Part shown: positions 29,051-44,000 of the stretch, piece by piece
Layout of the letters: every line of letters begins with the position of its first letter
Numbering within the stretch: position 1 is the stretch's first letter
Source of the DNA: Phoronis australis
Lineage: Eukaryota > Animalia > Phoronida
DNA: 64,000 bases
NCBI GenBank assembly: GCA_002633005.1
Contig: NMRA01000029.1
Coordinates: 353,707 to 417,706 of the forward strand
Direction of reading: 5' to 3'
The notes under the pieces: generated by a model
What the model was told of the DNA's origin: nothing
Database searches by the model: none
The model's input: only the letters and a program-made list of their open reading frames with translations
Position numbers and translations under genes: made by a program

Positions 29051-32000
29051 GCGTGCATGCATGCGTGCGGGTGTGCGTAAGCCGGAGGCCGGATATCCTC
29101 AAAGGCCAAAAGCCATTTCATAAAATAAAGCAAGAAACAGAAAATACAAGACTATTAATACATCTGACATACAATTGGAAGACTAGCAAAAGAAAATCAA
29201 TGGAACTCTAATAAATAAACAAATAAATAAGATGGACAGAAAAACATAAATGCAGACTTAATTGGGCACTTGCGCTGACACTAGGTTGGTAACACTTCAA
29301 ACTTCTTGGTAATTACTAAAACATTACAAAAAATCCAATGACAATGCATTTGGTAATGATTCTACAATGTGTTTCAGTAAAAATTTGGTTCCAGTAAGTT
29401 ACTAAGATTCTGCATCAATTTAATTGGTAATATCTCAACCAGTACCAAAAGTTACTGAAATTCTAACCAGTACCAAAAGTTACTGAAATTCTGGAATGTG
29501 GTAAGTACCTGGATGCAATGCATTACAGAAACATTACATTGTGCAATGATTTGGTATTTTTTATTCAAGTGCCAAAACAAAATACTGTTACCAGAACAGT
29601 AAGCAAGTCTGCTATGATTCAATTCCCTTATGTAAACTACACCACACCCACTGGCCCAGCCTGTACTTTCATGCTTGGATTGTCTACTCACCCCACCATT
29701 TATGTACTCCACGACCGGTCCAGTGACGGCCATACTAATCTGTCCTGCGTACAACGTGTTCTGATTCACCATAGTGGTTCCGCTGAGCGTCGCGTTATCA
29801 CCCACCTGTAGCTTACCTTGTAGAACTTGGGCAACGACTAGCACTGACACCTGTAGGGAAAAAAGAAAATTATACCAATATATGCATCATAAATCAAGAA
29901 CGGAACCTCCAAAATAGCTATAAGTGGCCTGCAGCAATGAAATTATTTGAATAAGGCAAATACATAACTCAGGTATCAGATATTAGGTATGGTTCCCAAT
30001 GAAAACCGGGAGTTTAGCTGTGTTGCATTACTATACTACATTTGAAATTCGTGGTTGCACCCTCCCTTCGCTGGTGGAGAACTCAACACAGTTAAGCCAA
30101 ATCCTAGTTACAGGGGTGGAAAACATTCCATAACCATGCCTCTAAATTCCATCTACAATCCTCCAAGCTTAAGTCTCGGACCAGCAAACACAAAACTTAC
30201 AGACTGACTGCATGCTAATAAAAGCCAAAGTGTGACTTCCAATAAAATTACATCACTCAGTTTTCTTAATTCTGGTGTGAGCATCCCTTTTTGATATTAG
30301 GATGCACACGCTTATATATTCGCTTCTATAGAAGCTATGCCACTGCATTAGCTGTACACTTCAGCATATAAAGAATTCTCACCACATCATTGTCAATCTT
30401 CGATTCATCAATAGGGTGCCGACAGATTGTTCCGAGATCTAAAGTGCCAATGTCGGTGGTTTTCGAGTTGTTCCTGAAACAAAACCAATGACAACATAAT
30501 CTCGATAAAGATAGAGGGGGAGCACTGGAGGGGAGAAGGATGGAGGGAGGGCGGGGAGGGGGAAGAAAAGNNNNNNNNNNNNNNNNNNNNNNNNNNNNNN
30601 NNNNNNNNNNNNNNNNNNNNNNNNNNNNNNNNNNNNNNNNNNNNNNNNNNNNNNNNNNNNNNNNNNNNNNNNNNNNNNNNNNNNNNNNNNNNNNNNNNNN
30701 NNNNNNNNNNNNNNNNNNNNNNNNNNNNNACGCTACAGTTCAGACAATAACAACATGAAATCTTTCAAACAAGTTGGTCTTTTACAAAATTGCTCAAGCT
30801 GGAAAACAGTCCTGACTATGTAGTAATATCGAAACAATAATCAAGTATTAGAGAGAATGATTAGAATTTAAAAAATAACCACATGAGAAAAATGTGATGA
30901 AACATAACGTTTTTCTTCATTGACTATTAAGTACCTTCAAGTGAGTACAGGTAAAAAAACGAAAGGTAGTCTGTTGTTGAAAGAAAAGTATTATACTAAA
31001 GAGGAAAGAAACTGTTTTTAATGTCACCTTAAGCAAAAATCCAGATCCTGGTTATCTTGAAATTACATTTTCTGTATTAATTACTGTTCCCCTGGGGCCA
31101 GTTGCATAAATGTTAAACGTCATATAGCAACAATGACATTGCATTATCACGTGTCACGTTGTTATTGTTCAACAATGCACCTGACGTCATGTAACAATCA
31201 AACTTATCCAGCGGATAATTTTGAAGTTTTATGCAACCCAGCCCTGGTGTGTATTTGTTATCCACGCAACAATTGGAAGTCATGTAAACAGCTTGACAAA
31301 GGGCACAACGCTTCTTTGCTCTGCATCCACTTCCATTGAGCAACCACGAATGACCTGCTCAGACTGTGTGTGTTCAATAGCGATTAGAACATTATGTATG
31401 TGTCTCCAAATGGAGGAAAACTTAGAATCAAGATGCAAGCCCTTTGCTGAGATGTTTACGTCACTTTCTATTGTTTCAGGCCAGGAGAATAATAATGAGC
31501 ACAGAAAATATATTTCCAAGATAACCAGGGACCTGTGTTTTAACATAACATCAAAAACGTTTTCTCCTTTAAATCTTTTAAAGTGCAGACTCCCTCACCA
31601 ATTAACGTCCAACAAACATTACCTGCTGGTGTATGTTGGCACTACACCTTCAGTGTTCAAGCAGGGAATGTTGTCACCCCGGGAGTCCACGGACACTTCA
31701 CAGATCTGAACAGTCTCTGGTTCTGTAAGCGGTGTGAGAAACTTGGATGTGACAAGATGAGCACACCCAGCCCCCATCGTGAGGTCCATCTTCACTTTGA
31801 CGAGACCACCAAGAGCGACACCTGTTGTTGCGTTAGTACTGGCCAGAACCAGCTTCACATTTGGAGATGCCTGACGAAGATGAAAGTTGAAACTGAGTTC
31901 ACTACATGTCGTTGACAGAAGTCCTTACTCAAATGAAGAAAATCTGATGACTGTTGCCAGAGTCTATAACTTCAATTCCCTGAATTCAACTCTCCTCGTT

Positions 32001-35000
32001 GCAGAGGTTGCAAAACATAATTGTATAATGAACATAGTTTTTGATTGGTTAGGCTGCTAAGCTTTTCCAAGTTGAAATGGACAGGAACAATATATCAGCG
32101 TCACCTAGTTGATGAGATTGGTTCTGCATGAGGCCGGGCTCTAATGTTTGTATTCGAAATCCAACGTGAAATAATTTTCTGCTGTTTCTCCGCAAACTCA
32201 AGATAAGTGTCTGTTAGTTTATGCTAGGTTAGACTATGGTTTATGCACAGGAGTTTTAAGTCCAAATTCACAATTAATGACCGCGAGATTCGAGCCACGT
32301 GATGTGGCCTACAAGTGACACTGACACTAAAATGTTTGCAATCGATATTTCAATGCCAGTTTAAGATCTACATATTCACATAGAATACTAGACTACCTTG
32401 ACTTCACACACAACCAGAATAGAAAATGCCAAAAAGATTAGATTCTGGCCATGAACTGTTCACATTATGTTAGTGGTGGCTAAAGCTATCTCACAGGAAT
32501 ATGCCTCCATTCCCACAACCAAATTCAACTCTCCTCTTTTGCGGAGGTAGCAAAACATTTAATGTTTTATTTTCATCGCAAAATTTGAAAACAAAACACT
32601 GCTTCTCCGCCACAATGAATGCTTAAAAGGTAAAGTAATGCTTTCTTAACAATAAAACTCCTAATTTTTGTAATAATTTTGAGATTTTTAACATGTGAAA
32701 GTCACTCAAAAGAATTATGAACAGTATATAATAAGTAATCATATCAACAACTCAATAAGCCTAATTTGAGTATAAAAATACTAGTCTATGGATTAAAATT
32801 TTGGACTTAAATTGACAGGGTCAAGTCACCATGTCTTTTTAGTGAAATTACGCAAAAATGAAAGATAGCTCCATACCAATAAGGGAACCATGAGAACCAC
32901 CAATTCCAATTTATATCAGTCTTAAACCTAACTCTTAAAAAGGTTGACATGTTCTTAAAAATAATATTTTTGTTTTGTTTCACGCAGCTTTTGATTTTGT
33001 TTTCACGAAAACCATGAATTTCAGTAATTAACACCTAATGCATATGTGTAAAGCTTTCCAAGTTCAAAAAAGATTTGGAAACTAAAAATCATGATATCTG
33101 AAAGTTTCCTTTCAATCTGAATACAATGTTCCAAAGTAATTTGGACATTTTTCAAAGGTTACTCATAACACCAAAGTGAATGGTAAGCAACTGGACTCAT
33201 GCCTGTCAGCTCTGAATTTTTCAATTATCCCGATTTTTCATTTTTACCACCGCAGTACCAAAGTTAGAAACACTGTACCGAAGCAATCGGTGAAATAACA
33301 GTCAACTGTCCAGTAGCATTCACAGTGCTGGAGCCGGTCATGAGTTCAAAGGTCACCGTCTCCAAGCTGGACACTGGAACGTTCCCGTCGAGTTTGGCTG
33401 TCACTGCAAACTTGACTGAATCCTCATCAAACAGAGTGGAGTTTGACAAACTTCCAGTACCTAAAATGAAAAACAATGAAAGATTCTCATAACAGATTAT
33501 TAAAGTTCACTTTCAGCGATCATCTACTAACTACTTAATATAATAAAAAAAAAAAAATTGCAGGCGGTCTGATACACGTTGTACCAGACATGCGCAGGCC
33601 TCGCATGTGGGCCCATTGCACTGATCACCTGGAAATATTTTTATGCTTTATTAATTTATGGTTAAAACTGAGCTAAGGAGCTAGAAACCTGGCTCAAGGG
33701 TTTAGCAGTGTGACCTGGTGGGACTTGAACCCACGACCTCGAGTAAAGAAAGCTGGCACTTATCAACCAGGCCACACTGTCTCCTCGCTAACTACTTAAT
33801 AAAGTACTTACTTTTGAGTAAGACCACTCCCCGCTAAAAAATTTATCTCAGTCTGCACCATAGTAAGATTAAAAGTGAGTTTTGGGCTCAAGAAGAACAG
33901 ACAAAGACTGAATTCATTTAGTTTTTATTTGCAGGGATCTTGATTTAAAATTCACGCTCATAATCTCTGCCAGTTCACACTCACTGACAGTGACTGCCTA
34001 AAATTTTCTACAAATTTCTTTTAAAACAGGATTCTAAACACAGTTTTGGCCGGTTAATAACGAGACATCGACTAAAACAGTGAGTACCTGTTTTTTAAAT
34101 TTCTTTCAAACAGGACACTAGTTTGGTTGTGACCTATCAACAGATATCAGCAATGACTTGCTCACCTAAATCTTTAAAATGAAATAATGGTCTGTTACCA
34201 TCGCCTACCCTCGAAAGTTTTGAGCGTTTCTTGATACTTCTAAAAAACTGCTAAATCAACAAGCGCCACATTTGTGTGGGAAAGATCGCCCACACTGAAT
34301 GAAAACATTCGCTTTAAGGCACAGTGAGGAAGTGTGGTGAATGAATAATGCCTTTATCGCGCAGGGGAGGTAACAATGCCAAGATCAGAACCAACTTCGT
34401 GTAAATTCTCCAAAATAGGGTACCGATCAAATGTTCAATACACTGAATATAATTATATTACTGAAAATCCCTTATCACTCAGTTGCCATGACAACAGGAC
34501 TTCCACATAGGCCTAAGATGGAAAACGCATGAAACAGACCTCAAGGTCGGTGACCACCAAAGTTATCCTAGACTCTACCAATCATGTGGCACGCTTCCAG
34601 TAAACATTCAAACTTTTAGAAATTTGATTAGTTACTTTTCAAATCTCAAGTGAAGTTCAAAGGTTACATTCTCCAAATTATNACTTAATAAAGTACTTAC
34701 TTTTGAGTAAGACCACTCCCCGCTATAAAATTTATCTCAGTCTGCACCATAGTAAGATTAAAAGTGAGTTTTGGGCTCAAGAAGAATAGACAAAGACTGA
34801 ATTCATTTAGTTTTTATTCAGGGATCTTGATTTAAAATTCACACTCATAATCTCTGCCAGTTCACACTCACTGACAGTGACTGCCTAAAATTTTCTACAA
34901 ATTTCTTTTAAAACAGGATTCTAAACACAGTTTTGGCCAGTTAATAATGAGACATCGACTTAAAAACAGTGAGTGCCTGTTTTTACATTTCTTTCAAAAA

Positions 35001-38000
35001 GGACACTAGTTTGGTTGTGACCTATCAACAGATAGCAGCAATGACATGCTCACCTAAATCTTTAAAATGAAATAATGGTCTGTTACCATCGCCTACCCTC
35101 GAAAGTTTTGAGCGTTTCTTGATACTTCTAAAAAACTGCTAAATCAACAAGCGCGACATTTGTGTGGGAAAGATCGCGCACACTGAATGAAAACATCCGC
35201 TTTAATTAAGGCACAGTGAGGAAGTGTGGTGAATGAATAATGCCTTTATCGCGCAGGGGAGGTAACAATGCCAAGATCAGAACCAACTTCGTGTAAATTC
35301 TCCAAAATAGGGTACCGATCAAATGTTCAATACACTGAATATAATTATATTACTGAAAATCCCTTATCACTCAGTTGCCATGACAACAGGACTTCCACAT
35401 AGGCCTAAGATGGAAAACGCATGAAACAGACCTCAAGGTCGGTGACCACCAAAGTTATCCTAGACTCTACCAATCATGTGGCACGCTTCCAGTAAACATT
35501 CAAACTTTTAGAAATTTGATTAGTTACTTTTCAAATCTCAAGTGAAGTTCAAAGGTTACATTCTCCAAATTATATCATACATATAAATAGAGAGTGAGAG
35601 AGAGAGGGAGAGGGAGAGAGATTATTTGCAGAGGTCACCTTGGTCTGCCCCTCCTTTGACGAGCTAGGAATTCAGAATCAATTTGTATTCTTGATGACTA
35701 AAACCACGGAGAACAAATTAGTTTCAGGCGAAAAAAGCTATTATTTACTACTTATTTAATAGTGACTGAGAACTTTAGTCTAATTTTCTTTTTGTCATTG
35801 TATACATGTACGCATTGCCTATTTTTTACGTTCTCTTTATGGTGACTGATAAGACCAAGTTGTGGCTACGTATTAACTGCTACAGGTCACTAAAAATTAA
35901 TGATTATTGATTGATTGATACACCACAAAAATTATGATGACACATACCTATATTAGTCAATACAGCTCTTACACTGCCCACATTGGACGCATAGCTGGAC
36001 GTGGTCACAAAGTTTCGTCCTTCACACGGTAGATTGGCTCCCGCTTCCAAAATCTTGATCAGACATATTGTGACATTTCTACTTCCTGTCGCCTTGAAGC
36101 TGTACACTGCACCAGTGCTGCGAGGAATTTTCAAGTGGACTATCAGTTGACCGGAACCCCCAGGTATCGTTGATGCGGAGGAATTTACGAATAACATTGG
36201 CTTTTCGCTGTTCTGTAATAGAAAATGTTGAAAATGTAAGGCTATCTAGCCCCTTATTGATAAGTTTGTGCATAATGTAAGGCTATCTAGCCCCTTATTG
36301 ATAAGTTTGTGCATAATGTAAGGCTATCTAGCACCTTATTGATAAGTTTGTGCATAATGTAAGGCTATCTAGCACCTTATTGATAAGTTTGTGCATAATG
36401 TAAGGCTATCTAGCCCCTTATTGATAAGTTTGCGCATAATGTAAGGCTATCTAGCACCTTATTGATAAGTTTGTGCATTGAACTAAATATCTACAAAACT
36501 ATAAAACTAAACTCAGAAAAAGTATATATTTTCTGAAAGTAGAAAGACAAATCATAAACTACCAGAAGTTAAATTTGTCTCATTTCCAAACTGGCGAGTG
36601 GCAAATTTCTGCAATCGATCAAGCTATGATATGTCGTTACCATGTCCTTTAAACAAGATTCCTCATCACAACTGGTTTTATCCACATTCTTCCCGACACA
36701 GCTTCTATTGTAAGTAAGTGATCCGTATAATTAGTTGATAAGCCATGCTGGAAACTACTTTCCAATGAATAGCTCAAGGCAAGGTTTTTTTTGTTGACAC
36801 AATCACTTACTTGACCAATTTTGAAAATTCAAGAACCCAGTCTAATTTTACTCCTCTCTTCAGATTTTAGGGCTTCCATTGGTTTTCAAGTCCCAAAAAC
36901 AAAATGGAAAAATAAAGCCTGGATACTTTCAAGCCAACTATTTAGATATGATCTGATAAGAAACAGTAATTAGCCTTAGTATGTGACCTAGTGTCAACTA
37001 GCCCCCCTAGTGATAGTGGAATATGAATAGAACCTGTCAGGCTGACCATGTGACATTAGAGATATTCAAAAGAATTTCCCAAATCGATCCTTATCTCGTT
37101 CAAAGGGAATCTTTACAGAATGGCGACCAGTGGCTGCATCATCTAAATCTACAAAAAACCTATTCTCCAAAACACGTACCAGTTGGTATTTTTGAATATT
37201 GACGAGGAAACTGTGAACCCAATATTATTAACTGTAGTCAACAATCTCAGTTAATGTTTATTTCAGTATAAAAGTCTTGAGTGGGTCAAAACATATAGCT
37301 ACAGTCTGTATTTTTGAAGAGAACGATTCTCCAAAATACCACCACTTTTCAGTAAAGAAAAAATGAAAAACGAGACAAAAAATACTTTGTGCCATATCCT
37401 TTCATGACAGGGCCATCCACACGACTTTGCACTTTTGAAAATGCCGGGAATGGTACAGACACATTTTCACATAAAAAGTAGTATCTGCACAGCAACATGG
37501 CATTTAGAAGCTTACCGCAGGCAGATGAACATCCATGCCTTTCAGTACGGTGAACTCGGCCTCGCCAACGTAGATGTACTCGCTTGAGAACTGTACACTG
37601 GCAGCCACAAATACCCGACTCCCATTCACAACAGCCACGTGATCTTGTAAGTGACCAATGAGGCGAACGGTGAATTTGCTTCCATCGGCATCAGAGTATA
37701 TGGGAATACTTGTCAAGCCTCCCAGATTGACCTGGGCCTGGTCGTGAAGAGGCGATGAGTATCTGGTAGGGAAGGAGCTAGGTGGATCACACAATGGTAT
37801 TTGCAGATGTTGAGAACAGCAAGTTATCAAACGGTGAACAGGAAGTGAGCAGACAAAATAACGTTTTCCTGTGATGATCGGTCGTTCTGACTAAACTCTG
37901 AAGGTGATTTCCTCCCACCACGACGGGAAATTCTGGGTCATTTTGTCCCATTATTGTTGGCCTGCAGTGTACGGCAATTCTCAACTATTTCGCAAAAGAT

Positions 38001-41000
38001 AATTGCCAAAGTTGTCATTTTTTCATTTTCAAAGGCTGGTTACTTTATTAAAAATTGTGAAAACTTCACCAAAAGTTGTTTTATAACATCAACATGGTAC
38101 AATTAGAGTAATTGGAATCTAGAAAGATTACCATACACAATGTTATAGAGTAAAATTTTCTTAACTTATATTTTTGTGTAGAATTTTTACAAAATTGAAT
38201 TTCACTTGATATACCGTAGTGTGTCTTGAATGAGTAAAGGATCACAGATGCAGTAACAGCAAAACAATAAAGATAAAATACACACTGCAAAAGATGGATG
38301 AGTATAATTGGAGGACTAATAACATATGAGATACAATAAAAACAACTATAATTAATAATTTAACTTTCATAACTCTATCATTAATATAATTATAACACAA
38401 ATGTGACAATAGCAACACTGTTTTTAAAATGGCTATTTTTTCATTAGCAATAAAAGTTACAGTAGTAGCACAGTAGCACTGCCTGTCCAGACGCAATAAG
38501 TTCAATTATAATACAATTACCTAACACACGAATTCAGACAAGTATTACACCCATCTGATGAGTCATTGAGGAGACAGTGAGGCCCAATGGGCCAAGTGCC
38601 CACTTCCTTTACTAAAGGTCGTGGGTATGAGTCCCAGTACTGTACACTGCTAGACCCTTGAGTCAGGTCGCTAACTCCTCATTTAGGTTTTATTTATATA
38701 TTAAAGATGATATGTCTAATTAAACCGTGAATATCTAAATTTGTAGAAAGTGGGACCTCATGACTTCCTTGAGAACTGTGTGTACAAGTATAACCCAGAA
38801 AAGAAACAATATGTATTATACAGTTTGAAGAAAACAGCATGACTGATAAGAGTGTGAACAAGTCATATAGAAAACTCTTAGACTAGTAATTCCCAATATT
38901 AAGCAATCGTTATTTGATAGTGAAATGAACAATAAAAACTATGGCTTGTTTTATTAGGGTAAAGATGATATATCAAAATGCTCATTTACATAAAAATAGT
39001 CTTGCAAAATGAGACTTTCACGAGATTGCAATGGTAAATGGTTCTCGGATGGTTTCCGGCATTTTCATATTCACAATTTAATGAAACATAGCATCTTTAA
39101 TAAAGCATAAATGGTTCCAGGATATCAGTGCAATGGGCCCAATTCAGTGGCCTGCGCACGTCTGGTACAATGTGTACCAAACCGTCTGCAATTATTTGTG
39201 TTTGATTTGTCATTGGGAAATGTCTTTGATCTGTTATTTTGGAATAAATGTTTAAAAAACAAAAACAACAAAAAAAGAACTGTTACAGCTAATAGTCGCA
39301 CAAAACTAACGTTTACCTTGATCTAAGAGAAAATGCATGGCTTGATGGAAAGCAAGCTAGGTTCTTCCCAATGAAACTGATGTCAACCTTACAAGCAGAC
39401 ATTACAGCAGAGTCATTCATATACGGAGTGTTGATGAGTATAGATACGGTGTCGTAGAAGATGTTGGGCTTTAGCGTGACATCCATGTACAGGATTGGCA
39501 CGCCACCTATTGGGATCTCCTGACCTGTGAAGCCATAGCGTAATGCCACACTGATGTCGTCTTTTCCCTATAAAATGGAGACATATGACATATGGAACTC
39601 CACGTGTCACAATAAGCGGTCGGTATTAAAAATAATTTTGAGTATTAAAGGACTACAGAAGCTTTGAGTCCCAGCATGTAGACAGTTTACTTAAGATGTA
39701 ATACCCATACATGGTATTACCGTGAAAAAGCACAGTTGGCATTGGTCTGTGAATTTTTTTTAAACTGAGTTAGTGATGTATTGTTTTAGTTGCTTACTTT
39801 TTAAACAAGAAAACCCACCTGAGATGAGCAACAAATGATGCGGGATATTTTTTTCTCATCACTTGGTAAGTTATGGTGTTTCAAACCTTGCTTACCTTTG
39901 TTTATGTGTCTTTGCACAGTTTTTCAAAACAAAAACACGAGACTTCAGTTGAAATGGAGGCAGACCAGCACTTTTTTAGTTGGTGAGCACAGATCTCAAA
40001 ATTAGTCGAGGTGAAGACCAGAAACAGTATCCTTTTCAGGCAAAACAAGTGTTTTATTGAGGTGAGTGTGTCTGGGCGTGCACACAGGAGATAGATATAG
40101 GATAGACTTGCTTCACACTGCTAACCGCACTGGGTGTTTGAACATGAATGAACAAAACTTTGAGGTATTGCCAAATATTATTATCACCGTCAACATCAGT
40201 TAGTAGCTGCCAGTGTCAAAATAAAAAAAAATCTGTTTGAATGAGTTATTACAATACAGTCATGCATTTAGTAACTTGTTGACAGGAGTCATGGACGCAT
40301 TACCTGTTCTGTGGCCACTACAAGTATATGTGTAACGGAGATATCAGCGTTGCAAAGGGCAAAGAGAAGAATAGAATTACATTGTCAATCAAAAATCATT
40401 CACGTGAACTCTACAGGAACTGTAGGATTTACATCGATATACAGTTTTGTAACAATACTTAAAGGAGAATGCCACCCAAAAAACGACCTATTTTGTATCA
40501 ATTTAGATCGAGTAGTTCCACTCGATAACAGCAAGTACAGTTCTTTTACCTGACACCTGATGGCAGATGGAAGTGTAGAAATTACCCAATGGTGTCAGAG
40601 GTTCAAACGCAGTCTGTTCAGCAATGGTTCACAATATGCTTCCTGGTGTCAGCTTATCACTTGAATTCATCGTTTCACACAATAAATAATCAAAATTTGA
40701 CATAAAACCATTACAAATACATTAAATTCTTATACAAAAATATTGTTTTATTTCGCTGTTACGGATTTATTTGTATTTGAACATACTGTAGCCTACAAAA
40801 TTCGGTAGGCCAATTTACCAAGGTCGTTTGAGGGATTTTGGGGTATGTTCGGTGATAAATTTGAATTATTCTTCCGTGAAATACAGACAGGAGTACATAG
40901 CTGCGTGTTGTAATTTTAAATTTGCGATTTTTTCAGTTCTAAATATACAAAACGCTTGTTATCCCGGCCAGTGGCTCAGAACCCAATCAGGAACGTCGCG

Positions 41001-44000
41001 GCAGGACTGAAGACATCACGAACATAAACCAGCCAAAGTAGGTAACTAAATGCCCAGTCACGAAAAGACTATACTAGTGAGCTGAAGAAATAATGTGCAC
41101 GTGATTATTTTGGTGAATTAGCCATGAAAGTGCAAACTACTTACTCGTCGGGGGCCCGCGAAGTCAGGTTCCCTTCCCACAGAACCATCAACTAAGGCAA
41201 AATTTATACAGTAAAATGATTCAAATCTATATCTAAATAAAGATTCCCCTAACATCTGACCATAGGATATAAAATCGAGTAACTGTTTCACAACAGTTTT
41301 CTGTCAGCAAACACTGAATTAGCATAAACACGGCCTCGGTGCCCCGTCAATTAGCTTTACTGCTTTTAAAGCTGGTAAAGAAGTGATTTATTCATTGCTG
41401 GATTCTCAAAACATTCGCACTCTCGAACACTCCAAAGGCACTGCAAATTGCCTTTAATGAGACAGTCTTTGTTTCAGTTTGGTTAGGTCTAGGGTGAGAA
41501 TAATTCATTTTGAAACAGAGCACACAATAATAAACGTCAACATGACAACTCGCAATCCCAACTTAGACAAGTGCTCACATCCGACGAAGGCTTCACAGGA
41601 CGATCGTTAGGTTTAACAGGCTACCAGTTCAAACCGGAATACACTGATAAAGAAAATACTAGAGAGGTGCCGTGAACGAGCACAGACAACGGAAAATTTT
41701 TCTCATGCCGTGAATTAATTGTAATCGTTTATGGCCAACTATAATTCTCCATAATCAAAAACTGATCAACAACTGATCCACGTTTCTTTGTCTCCTGCAT
41801 GCCCAACAAAAGGTGACTTCAGCCTCAGTCTCTTTTTCTGCCTTGGCATGAGCTGTTTGGTAAGCTGGCATTTGTCAGTGAAATCACTGTTGACGAAATG
41901 CCGGCCACAGATACGGAGATGTTTCACGGCCTCATACTTAGTATTAACAACGTACTTTTCATTCTTCACTGCCGCAAGCCGCTTCCGAAGCATTGCGGGC
42001 TCTTGAGGAAATTGAAAAAAAAAAACGATTTACCCACTTTCCTCGCAGCCTCATAGTTCTCACAAAAGGGAACGATACACCACACCATAGCGGCACTCAC
42101 ACTGCAAAAGAACCACTGACGTCGTTTCTTACCTTCCTCACACCTCTTCAAGAGGTAAGATTGACCGTATACAAGGTGATGTGGATATAGATCGATTAAG
42201 ACAGTAAAAAAGACTAATTAAATCGAGTGGCATTCTCCTTTAAAAGCATTATTAAAAAATTTCCAATTAATCATTTCTTCAGTTTGACAAAAATTATTAT
42301 GGCAAAGAGTTCACGTAAAGTTTTCAAAAAGACGCTAATGTTATTTTGCCCAGGCAAAATGGCACAGATCAGAATGAAACTTAATTAATGACACCTACCG
42401 GCGGTATCTGGTTTTGATCAGTGAAGTTCAGGTTAAACTGACCAATCCACAACTTGTCACTTCCGACCTCTATGCCCGATGATACCCAGACATTCGAGCC
42501 AACAACATTGGCACTGTGATTGACTACGGTCATGGAGAACGAGAACGCGATGTTATTGGCCGACGGATTGTAGCTAGTGTCGTGTAGGTCAGTAGTGGAT
42601 AACAAGCCAAAGGAAATGGTCCCAATGTCATTGACATCACCTGATCGTGACTTGTAGGAGATGGTTGGTGTCACCGCGGCGATAACATTAGCACCGAGGT
42701 CATACTGAATAAATAATGANGTAAAAAAGACTAATTAAATCGAGTCTCATTCTCCTTTAAAAGCATTATTCAAAAATTTCCAATTAATCATTTCTTCAGT
42801 TTGACAAAAATTATTATGGCAAAGAGTTCACGTATAGATTTCAAAAAGACGCTAATGTTATTTTGCCCAGTCAAAATGGCACAGATCAGAATGAAACTTA
42901 ATTAATGACACCTACCGGCGGTATCTGGTTTTGATCAGTGAAGTTCAGGTTAAACTGACCAATCCACAACTTGTCACTTCCGACCTCTATGCCCGATGAT
43001 ACCCAGACATTCGAGCCAACAACATTGGCACTGTGATTGACTACGGTCATGGAGAACGAGAACGCGATGTTATTGGCCGACGGATTGTAGCTAGTGTCGT
43101 GTAGGTCAGTAGTGGATAACAAGCCAAAGGAAATGGTCCCAATGTCATTGACATCACCTGATCGTGACTTGTAGGAGATGGTTGGTGTCACCGCGGCGAT
43201 AACATTAGCACCGAGGTCATACTGAATAAATAATGAACAACAGCTTATTTTACAATAGCATATAATTATTAACAAGATACAGCAATTTTCAATTCTAAGA
43301 AATCCTCGTTGCTAAATGTTCTTAAAACTAAAAATAAATTGTTTTCATCGATTGCTATTACTCAGAGGAAAAATAGTTAATATTGTTTACTAACATTCTC
43401 ACTCAAATGATCTGTTTGATATCATTCACTATCTGTTAAGCTTAATAAAAAAAACCTCTTAAATGACGAGAAATACCCACAGCCAAGTGTATCGAACGAA
43501 AGAGGTTATCTCAACGATAAGAGTTTTTATAAATTAATAGTACATGTGTACACATCATGGATGTACTTAACATGACCAAAACATAAATAGAAACTGAACA
43601 ACAAAAAGGTCCACACTGTTTTTAATGCTATAATTAAAGAAATGCATTTATTGTTTTGATAGTGATATCTGAATTTTTCAATCCAAAATTTTGCTATCGT
43701 ACAATTCGTTACAATTTTTGTTATACCTTCATACTGCAAACTTGAAGTTGAGGAAGTCCATTGGTCAGAGGTCCAAAAACCTGCATCTGATACACTTCCA
43801 TGCTGTTTGGAGGTGTTTCCAAAGTGAATTCAAACAACACAGACTGTCCAATGGTAACATTTTTCGCAGACATTTTTGAATTTTTGAAAGTTGGAGTAGA
43901 AGACTGCAATGAAAAATGGCAGCAATAAGAGCAATAACACAACACAATGCCATCTAGTGGCAAGAAGGGGTAACACAGTCAAACCCTTGGTATGAGACAT

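Noticed and set aside
33700-33787. Possible tRNA gene
   Set aside because: A/B boxes are present but there is no clean cloverleaf; it continues into a SINE body with a TSD and has a second diverged copy.
33794-35573. ~890-bp tandem duplication of intronic sequence
   Set aside because: The copies meet at the single N at 34682 and differ by scattered SNPs and indels; this is a typical unmerged allelic contig overlap.
36233-36478. CRISPR-like regular repeats (also 24593-24724 and 5746-5870)
   Set aside because: Head-to-tail units with no unique spacers, no cas genes and a eukaryotic context.
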